Below are positions 54,770 to 64,000 of a DNA stretch of 64,000 nucleotides, piece by piece. Position 1 is the stretch's first letter, and every line of letters starts with the position of its first letter. The notes under the pieces are model-generated. The model searched no databases and had not been told where the DNA came from. It saw only the letters and a program-made list of their open reading frames with translations. Source of the stretch: Octopus sinensis (taxonomy: Eukaryota); assembly GCF_006345805.1 (NCBI RefSeq), contig NC_043006.1, positions 73,098,001 through 73,162,000 on the forward strand, given 5' to 3'. The translations under genes were made by a program, and so were the position numbers.

Positions 54770-55530
54770 CTTTACTACCCACAACGGGCTAAACACGGAC
54801 AAACATGGCAGACAAACGGATTGAATCGATTATTACGACGCCAGTGCGTAACTGGATGATAGGCAAAGTCGACCTCGGCGGAATTTGAACTCAGAATGTA
54901 CCGACAGACGAAATACCTATTTCTTTACAACCCACAAGGGGCTAAACACAGAGGAGACAAACAGACGGATTAAGACGATTACATCGACCCCAGTGCGTAC
55001 CTGGTACTTAATTTATCGACCCCGAAAAGATGAAAGGCAAAGTCGACCTCGGCGGAATTTGAACTCAGAACGTAGCGGCAGACGAAAAACCGCTAAGCAT
55101 TTTGCCCGGCATGTATATTAGAGAGAGGAAGTTCACTAGAGTTCGCTATACTTTCGTTGTCGATAAAATTAGTACCAGTTGAGCACTGGATCGATGTAAT
55201 TGACTTACTTCTGCCACTAAATATCTGGCCTTGGGCTAAAATTTGAAATCAATAATTATTTTAAGCCACCGCCTTCATATTTGTTGTTTTTCATATTGGC
55301 ATAGGGGCTACAATTTTGTGGTGAGAAGTTAGTTGAGCAAACCGACTGCAATACTTGCTTGTTGCTTGATTTATCGGCCCCGAAAAGGATGAAAGACAGA
55401 TTTGAGCTTCATGGGATTTGAATTCAGAATGTTTGGAAGCAAAGCAAATATCGCGAGGCATTTTCATTGGACATATTTTACGACCCGACTAATTTTATGT
55501 CTCAACGTAAAAAGAGATAGATAAATAGAT

Positions 55531-55600
<70 letters not shown>

Positions 55601-58095
55601 AGGCCCACCGATTGGATCCGAACCACCTATCTACAGTTTTATATTTATTGTAAACATGTTAACTAACTACTGGCTGAAAGGCTAAATATAATACTTTCGA
55701 CTATGTTGAGTTGTGTCATTGACCAAGACAGTTACTTAACCTTCGTTGGTTTGGTCTATTTGACTGTAATTAAGAAAATCATTCAATCCCTGAATAGATT
55801 AGTCTTACATATTATTGACCGATGATTCGAATAAACACGATCTCGTTGTGTAGTGTTATAAGGGAGATCACTCGATCAAGAGTTGCTTCCCTTATATAGT
55901 GATCCCTTAATTTTTTAAGCATAAGTAAGAATTATTATTAACGAAAGAGGAAAAAAATTGTTGTGGATTGAATGTTTCTGCTTAAACTGTATTATGTACT
56001 AGCTTAAAAGCCGCCCGACTCGTTTTGGAGAATTTGTTGCAATTGCTTTGCTCCGGAGTCATATCCCAATGATGATCATATTTGTCGCAAAAGATCATGT
56101 AAAAAAAATCTCCGTAAACAATCGCAATAATGAAAATAAAGAGATCCAAAATTTCAGGATTACAGGTCCGGATTTGGCCTGGAATGTTCTTAATTTACTC
56201 ACAGAGTTAGCCTTTAGATTATAAAAATAATTATCGTACAAAATTATCGTACAAAAAAATTTGTCGCAGAAAGTCACCTTAAAAAAATCGCCGAAAATAA
56301 TCACAGCACAAAAACTTGGGAATCCAAAATTTCAGGATTGTGGGTCCGGATTCAGCCCGGTATGATTTTAATTTACTCGTGGAGTCAGCCTGATTCCAAA
56401 ATGGTATATATTGGGCTACGGCCACTAGGAGTAAAGTTGAAAAAGTGTGACACATTGACATTCACTTTCATTATTTTATATTAAAGTGGTGAACTGACAG
56501 AAACGTTAGCACACTGGGCGAAATGCTTAGCGGTATTTCGTCTGCCGTTACGTTCTGAGTTCAAATTCTGCCGAGGTCGACTTTGCCTTTCATCCTTTCG
56601 GGGTCGATTAAATAAGTACCAGTTACGGACTGGGGTCGATATAATCGATTTAATCCGTTTGTCTGTCCTTGTTTGTCTTCTCTGTGTTTAGCCCCTTGTG
56701 GGTAGCAAAGAAATAGGTATTTCGTCTGCCGTTACGTTCTGAGTTCAAATTCTGCCGAGGTCGACTTTGCCTTTCATCCTTTAGGGGTCGATTAAATAAT
56801 TACCAGTTACGCACTGGGGTCGATATAATCGACTTAATCCGTTTGTCTGTCCTTGTTTGTCCTCTCTGTGTTTAGCCCCTTGTGGGTTTAGCCCCAAAAT
56901 TTGAGGCTTTGTTCTTCCAGTAGAAAAGACTTATTAAAGTTGGAAACGTGTGACGCACTGACATTCAGATTTATTATATTAGATATGTTTGATTTTGGGG
57001 TAACTTTATTTCAGTTAAGGTGTGTGTGTTTGTGTGTATTTATTAAAGAAAGCAAAAAAGAAAACAAAAATGATAGTGTTCAGTATGTTGGCGACAGGAA
57101 TTTCTGTAAAAGAGACATGGTTAAATAAAGTTGTACATCATCCCCCGCTTTCTCTCTCATACCCACTCTTTCTCTCTCTTTTCTTATTACTCCCACTGCT
57201 ACCATCAACACTACTACTTTTAATAAAAGAGCATCAACTCTCCCTAAATTTCTTTGTCTCTCTTTTTTTCCCTCTCTTTTCTTTCTTCCTCTCTCACTCT
57301 CTGTCTGTCTTCACCACCAACCTCACTGTCTCTACACCTACTATTACTCTCACACCAACATGAGGAATAGTAGGAGTGTCATTGACTAGTGAGAGAGGTG
57401 GTCTAAGTGTGACATACTGACTCACAGAAATTTGTTTACACATTTATTATGTTTGATTTGCAATGTTCATATGGTATGCAAGCTTGTTTCTTTGGTATGT
57501 GGTACCTTAATTGCTTTAGGCTGGATCTTTTCAAACAGTCTTCTAACTTCTTTCTATGGAAATGTCAAATATTTACACATTGAATGACCTTGAGCTTGGT
57601 ACAAAACAAGGACAACTTTCACAAAATGAAACATCTCATCACTTAAGTGACTCCTAAGATTAACTAAACTGAGTTGATTATCTTTGTACTCTATGTTATA
57701 AACTTGAAATACCATACTTTAGAATTTTTGTAAAGTGTCTTGCTCAAGAACACAACACGCAGCCTGGTCTGGGATTCGAACTCACAACTTCACGATCATA
57801 AGCTTGATGCTCTAATCACTGAGCCATGCGCCTTCACAATAATAATAATAATAATAATAATAAATAATGATTTCAAATTTTGGCACAAGGTCAGCAATTT
57901 TAGGGAAAAGGTAGATTGATTACATTGATCCCAGTGCATAACTGGTACTTTATTTTATTGACCCTGAAAAGATGAAAGGCAAAGTTGACCTTGGCAGAAT
58001 ATGAATTCAGAACCTGAAGATGGATGAAATGTCACTAAGCATTTTTCCCAGCGGGCTAATGATTCTGGCAGCTCGTGATGATGATAATAATAATG

Positions 58096-58133
<38 letters not shown>

Positions 58134-58361
58134 TGATTTCAAATTTTGGCACAAGGTCAGCAATTTTAGGGAAAAGGTAGATTGATTACATTGATCCCAG
58201 TGCATAACTGGTACTTTATTTTATTGACCCTGAAAAGATGAAAGGCAAAGTTGACCTTGGCAGAATATGAATTCAGAACCTGAAGATGGATGAAATGTCA
58301 CTAAGCATTTTTCCCAGCGGGCTAATGATTCTGGCAGCTCGTGATGATGATAATAATAATG

Positions 58362-58400
<39 letters not shown>

Positions 58401-58404
<4 letters not shown>

Positions 58405-60935
58405 AACAAGCATGGGAAGACATCACAATAGCAGACTTAAGAAAGGCACTCACGAAGGCCCATAATTGGAAATCCCCCGGTAAAGATAGGGTGCCGAATT
58501 TTTGGCTTGCATCACTCCCATGCGAACACGGTAAGCTAGTTCAGCTGCTCAATGGAATTATGAGAGACCCAAAGAAAACACCTGAATGGTTAGCAAGTGG
58601 TATTACTTACCTACTCCCAAAGAATAACGAAACCAATCTTCCAAAAAACTATTGGCCTATAACCTGTCTATCCACCACGTATAAAATCCTAACATCTATC
58701 CTGGCGGAGAAAACATATGCATTCATGGAGAAGAACGATATTTTCCCCATTGAACAAAAAGGGTGCCGCTGAGGCTCATACGGATGCAAAGATAAATTGC
58801 TAATTAATCGTATGATCCTTGAGAACTGTCACAACAAGCGCAGAAATCTCAACTCTGCATGGATTGACTATAAAAAGGCCTTCGACAGTATACCGCATCC
58901 ATGGATCTTGAGATCGCTGGACATCTTCAAAATTTCCCCTGTGATTTCAAGCTCCCTGAAGCACAATATGTCGTTGTGGAATACGAATCTCCAATTATAC
59001 CAATCTAATGGAGTACTTGCCTCAGAAAATATAAACATCAACTGTGGAATTTTTCAAGGTGACTCAGTTTCACCTTTAATATTCTGCATAGCCTTAATAC
59101 CCCTTACAAATGAATTAAACAGAACAGGGTATGGGTATAAAATTGCCAATAAAAAAATAAGCCATCTATTTTATATGGATGACTTAAAACTCTATGGTAA
59201 AGACGATAATGAACTTGAAGGACTATTGCTCACTGTGAAAGCATTCAGCGATGACATCAGGATGGAGTTTGGGCTTGAGAAGTGTGTCAAGGCCACTTTC
59301 CAGAAAGGGAAAGTGAAGACCACAAATTCAGTCGTGTTAGATGTTGACACAGTCATAAGAGAGCTTGAGCAAGAACAAACATACAAATATTTAGGGATAA
59401 ATGAAGGCTCTGGTATTCAGCATGCAAGCATGAAAGAGAAGATCAGGAAGGAATGTTATAGGAGAGTTCGTGCAGTCCTGAAATCTGAACTAAATGCACG
59501 TAACAAGGTGTTAGCTATAAATTCCTTAGCAGTTCCAGTTGTTACTTATAGCTACAATGTGTTGAACTGGAATATGAGTGAAGTAAAGAATATAGATAGG
59601 AAAATACGCAAGCTGCTGAGTTGTAATAGGATGCACCACCCAAAGGCAGACATAGATCGCCTTTACCTTCCCAGAGCCCAGGGAGGTCGAGGCCTGATCC
59701 AATTTGAACTAGCTTACAAAACAACCACAATTGGACTGGCCAAATATCTCGAAATAACGAATGACTGGATGCTAAAGCTCGTGGAAAATCACGAGAGACG
59801 AAAGAAGCTTCATTCTATCATAAAGGAAAGCAAAAAATTTGCTATTGATCTTGTGCAGGATACCCAAACTGAATAACCCGAGGGAAGTACGGCAACTATT
59901 GTTGCAAAGAAGGTGAAAATAATGGCAACGAAAAAAGCACACGAGCAATTGGCTGATAGGTGGGAGGAGAAATTTCTGCATGGCAAATATGTGGCCTGCA
60001 GCAAACAAGCTGATGTTGACCAGAAGCAAACCCATCAGTGGCTACGGAGCTCAAGGCTAAAAGCAGAGAGCGAAGGTTTCATCCTGGCTGCTCAAGATCA
60101 AAGCCTATTAACCCGGAACTACCAGGCCAATGTGATGAAAAATGGAGCAGACCCAAAATGCCTATTCTGCAACGACATGATTGAAACAGTGGACCACCTA
60201 ATCTCTGGATGTAAAATCTTAGCACCAGTGGAGTATAAATTAAGACATGACAGAGTTGGCCAATATCTACACTGGCTAATAAGTCGGCATTACAATATCA
60301 AAACTGCCAACAAGTGGTATAATCACCACCCTGAAGCTGTAACTGAAGGAGTAAATGTAACGATTCTGTGGGACTTTCTAGTACATACAGACCGAACCAT
60401 CAAAGCCAATAAACCAGATATTGTTGTGAAAGACCAAAACAATAAAGTTTGCTTATTGATCGACATGAGCATCCCCTGTGATCATAATATCTCGGCGAAA
60501 GAGTTTGACAAGCTCAGAAAATATAAAGACCTGCTCATTGAAATTGAGAAAATGTGGCATCTCAAGGCGGGTACAATACCAGTGATCGTAGGAGCACTAG
60601 GAATGATCAAGAAGGGAACCGAAAATTATATGAGAATGATCCCTGGCTTACCATCCCTGCAAGAAGTGCAAAAGATTGTCTTAACTGGTACATCACACGT
60701 ATTGAGAAGAGCATTGTTGATGTGAGAACTATTACTACCCATGTATTTTAATTTAACTTAAAAACAAAAAAATGAACGAACTAGTGAGTTTAATTTAATG
60801 GCCTACCAATGTATACTATGAGTTTCTTTGCCCTAGGAGTTGGGAAGACACTCGGCAAGAAATGGAAGCAAATTTGAAAGAAGAAAAAAAAAAGATAATA
60901 ATAATAATAATAATGATAATAATAATAATAATAAT
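58401..60935 (+). mobile_element. 5'-truncated R4-clade (Dong/Rex6-like) non-LTR retrotransposon: RT, CCHC knuckle and restriction-like endonuclease, inserted in (AAT)n
   Basis: ORFs 58341-58772, 58797-59876 and 59913-60725 share one frame, broken only by TGA 58770-72 and TAA 59874-76. RT motifs KSPGKD, WIDYKKAFDSIPH, GIFQGDSVSPLIF and YMDDLKLY; CLFC..ETVDHLISGC knuckle; REL motif KPDIVV..LLIDMSIP..KYKDL. The 3' UTR is followed by an (AAT)n tail from ~60897. Confidence 0.93.
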
Positions 60936-60974
60936 CCTCTTAAGTCTGAGATAGCTTGACTGTGATAAATAAAA

Positions 60975-61200
60975 AAAAGGTGAAGATGGCACAATTATTG
61001 TTGGGGCCTTGAGGACAGTATCAGATGGTATTGAGAGGAATATAAAGGAAATGAAAATAGTCTGCCCATTGGAGCTGTCTGCAAAAAGTTTGCCTCATTG
61101 ACATAGCCAGAATCATCAGAGAACAAATAGCATGGTGCCATAAGCTGTAGTTAGCAAGCCTGCTACGCATGCAAGACTCCAGAAGTTCTAACAAAATCTG
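60975..61200 (+). mobile_element. Decayed extreme 3' fragment of an RLE LINE
   Basis: Degenerate IIVGAL..VS / LQKVCLIDIARIIR signature resembling the RLE C-terminus. Confidence 0.5.
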
Positions 61201-61395
61201 AGATGACAACAATGATAGTGGTGGTGGTGATGATGATGATGATGATGATGACGATGATGATAATGATGATGATGATGGTAGTGGTGGTGGTGGCGGCGGT
61301 GGTGGTGATAATGATGATGATGATGGTGGTGATGAGGATGGTGGTGGTGGTAGTGGCGGTGGTGGTGGTGGTGGTGATGATGATGATGATGCAAT
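61200..61395. repeat. Mixed (GAT)/(GGT) trinucleotide tract
   Basis: Directly visible. Confidence 0.92.
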
Positions 61396-62216
61396 ATCAG
61401 GCGGTGGTTCTCATGGCTTCTGATCATAACTGATTGGAAGTGTTATCACGTACATGTTTTGTCTTGGTGCAAAAAGATGTGCTACAGCAAATATTCTTGG
61501 GGGAGAATCATAGCCATGTGTCGAGAGGGATTCTTTGGGGTTTGAATAATTCACTTCTGGAAACATGGGTGCTTCATTCATTATCCTTAAACAATTCTTC
61601 TTCATGGACCTTTTTGATGGGATGGGCTACTCAACCTGAAGAAAATTCTAACTGGGCCCCACCTGCAAGGTCATGCATTGTCTATCTTGATACGAGATCA
61701 CCACTTTGCACACAAATGGTTGTGATCAATATGCCTGGTGTATCCTTATCAGGCGTATAATCATGATGGGTTGTGAAGTCATGTGACATTGTGGTTAGGA
61801 GTAATTGGCTCACGGTCGTAAGGTTGTGAGTTCAATTCTTGGTGGCGCATTATGTCCTTGAGCAAGACACTTTATTTCACATTGCTCCAGTCCACTCAGC
61901 TGGCAAAAACGAGCTGTACCCGTATTTCAAAAGGCCAGCTTAGTCACATTCTGTGTCACAGTGAATCTCTCCAAGAACTACGCTAAGGGTATGCATGTCT
62001 GTGGAATGCTCAGTCACTTGTAACCGACGGAGTGCCAAAAAATGTCATGACGGGTATATTGGTCTTTGTATATTCATACCCCAGTGTCATTTTGATGGCA
62101 TGCACTACTCTCTCACACAACAACAACAACAATTCTTTCAAACTTTGGCACTAGGTCAGCAACTTTAATTGGAGATTAGTTGATACTATCATTCCCAGTA
62201 GGTTACTGTATTTTAA

Positions 62217-62636
62217 CCCTTTTGTTACTGTATTTATTTTGAGATGCTCTGTGTTTCTTTCAATTACTTTAACCCTTTTGTTACCAACCTGGCTGAAACC
62301 AGCTTTGGGTCTGAGTACAAATGTCTTGTTTCCGTAAGTTTTGAATTAAAATCTTCCACCAAACCTCAGTCGCAATTTATGTTCCTAATACTCGCTGAAT
62401 AATAACAAAGATATTTTACTAACTTCTTTGTTATTTTTAAAGTAATTGAAAGAAACACAGAGCATCTCAAAATAAATACAGTAACGAAAGGGTTAAATAT
62501 AACAAAGAATTTAGTAAAATAACTTAGTTATCATTCAGCTAGTGTTAGGAACATAAATTTTAATTCAAAACTTATGAAAACAAGACATTTGTACTCAGAG
62601 CCAGAGCCGGTTTCAGCCAGGTTGGTAATGAAAGGG
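62217..62636. mobile_element. TTAA-flanked piggyBac-type MITE with a second copy of its own family nested in opposite orientation (62273-62492)
   Basis: TTAA|CCCTTT..AAAGGG|TTAA termini for both copies; the inner copy sits at the outer copy's internal TTAA. Related copies at ~7850-8054 and 10042-10264. Confidence 0.82.
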
Positions 62637-62919
62637 TTAATTCATTGATCCTAAAAGGATTAAGAGCAGAGTTAACCTTGGCAGGATTTGAGTGCAGAAT
62701 GTAAAACCAGAGGAAATACTGCAAGCATTACTCATTATTGATTCTGTCAGCTTACCATCTTAATAATTTCTTTAGGTTTTTGCTCTAGGCACAAGGCCTA
62801 AAATTTCCTGTGAGTGAGGTTACATGACTACATTGACCCTATTGCTTAGTCATTGGACTGCAACCATATTGGAGCACCTTGAATGGGTTTGGTCAAATGA
62901 TCCACTCCAGCACTAAGGC

Positions 62920-63335
62920 ACCCAGTACACTCTGTAAAGTGGTTGGCATTAGGAAGGGCATCCCTTCCTAATCGAAATCGAAATCGAATTGAACCAGCCA
63001 GGATCCCTGGTCTGGTGGTACGTAAAAAGCACTATCCGACTCGTGGCCGATGCCAGCACCGCCTCGACTGGCTTCCGTGCCGGTGGCACATAAAATACAC
63101 CAATCTGACCGTGGCCGTTGCCAGCCCCGCCTGGCACCTGTGCAGGTGGCACGTAAAAAGCACCCACTACACTCACGGAGTGGTTGGCGTTAGGAAGGGC
63201 ATCCAGCTGTAGAAACATTGCCAAATTAGACTGGAGCCTGGTGCAGCCTTCTGGCTTCCCAGAACCCCGGTCGAACCGTCCAACCCATGCTAGCATGGAG
63301 AACGGACGTTAAACGACGATGATGATGATGATGAT
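62920..63335 (+). mobile_element. Family C repeat with internal ~60-bp hairpin-unit array and (GAT)n tail; other copies at ~19540-19895(+), 24995-25340(+), 28885-29200(+), 32010-33250(-)
   Basis: Repeated GGTGGCAC(G/A)TAAAAAGCACCATCCGA units followed by GGTTGGCGTTAGGAAGGGCATCCAGCTGTAGAAAC..CCAACCCATGCTAGCATGG..CGTTAAACGATGATGAT. Confidence 0.8.
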
Positions 63336-64000
63336 CCCTCTACCGAAACAGGCAACTAAAAGGGAGAAAGACAAAGATTAACTAACAATTCTGCTAGCTC
63401 ACCAACTTTGTAATGACTTCAAAGTTTGGCACAGGGCCAGCAATTTTAAGTGAAGGGGATAGTCAGCTACATCAATCCCAGTGCTCAGCATCATCATCAT
63501 CATCATCATGCAGTGTTTTAAATCCAGGTTTTGTCCTCATTATCGAGGGTAGCTGGATCTACCTCGAGGGTAGCTGGATCTACCTCAATGCCATAGCAAC
63601 CAAGGTAGGCAGGTGCAGCCCACCCCAACCTTTGGGCTGGCTGGTACCCATTCTCCCTTGCTATCATGAGGCTTTTTTGGAGCTGGATTTTCTACGGGGA
63701 GCATGCCCTTGCTTACCCCCAACCTCAGTTTCTAGACATGAGTAGTCCTGAGACCAAGGCCTCTACCACAAATTTTCAGAAATGTAGTGGAAAACAAGCT
63801 CAGGAAGGCAGGGGCGCTTCTCCCTGAGACCCCTTTCAGTACTCCCTACCAACTGGTACTTATTTTATTGACCCCAGAGAGATAAAGGGTAAAGTCAACA
63901 CTGGTGGTATTTGAACTCAGAATATAAAGAGTTAGATCTGCTAAGCATTTTGTCTGATGTGTTAACGATTTGAACAACAATGGTTTCTTCATTTGACATC

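Noticed and set aside
57745-57838. tRNA-like sequence (GGGATTCGAACTC B-box on the minus strand)
   Set aside because: It continues into a SINE body (CTTGAGCAAGACACTT); it is a SINE head with no complete cloverleaf, and the same holds for other SINE heads.
61188-61433. Poly-His and poly-Met/Val ORFs
   Set aside because: Mixed GAT/GGT microsatellite.

Overview
AT-rich eukaryotic genomic DNA made mostly of interspersed repeats and microsatellites. The SINE families point to a coleoid cephalopod, most likely Octopus; this is inferred from recognising the repeat sequences. There is no rRNA, no genuine tRNA and no CRISPR array, and nearly all listed ORFs are microsatellite or SINE artefacts. Real coding remnants are a 5'-truncated R4-clade (Dong/Rex6-like) LINE at 58.4-60.9 kb plus four smaller fragments of that type, a deleted Helentron keeping its endonuclease (16.8-18.2 kb), a deleted mariner, a Penelope GIY-YIG tail, and tentative small exons of an unidentified minus-strand host gene (about 39.5 kb to 6.2 kb). 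The most notable structure is a ~1.5 kb near-perfect foldback (49841-51329) in which each arm carries a complete type I hammerhead ribozyme motif. Two further minimal Penelope-type hammerheads lie at 33.7 kb and 18.6 kb. Also present are a Merlin-like MITE size series down to a 38-bp element, a self-nested TTAA MITE, 184-bp SINE concatemers and several smaller foldbacks.
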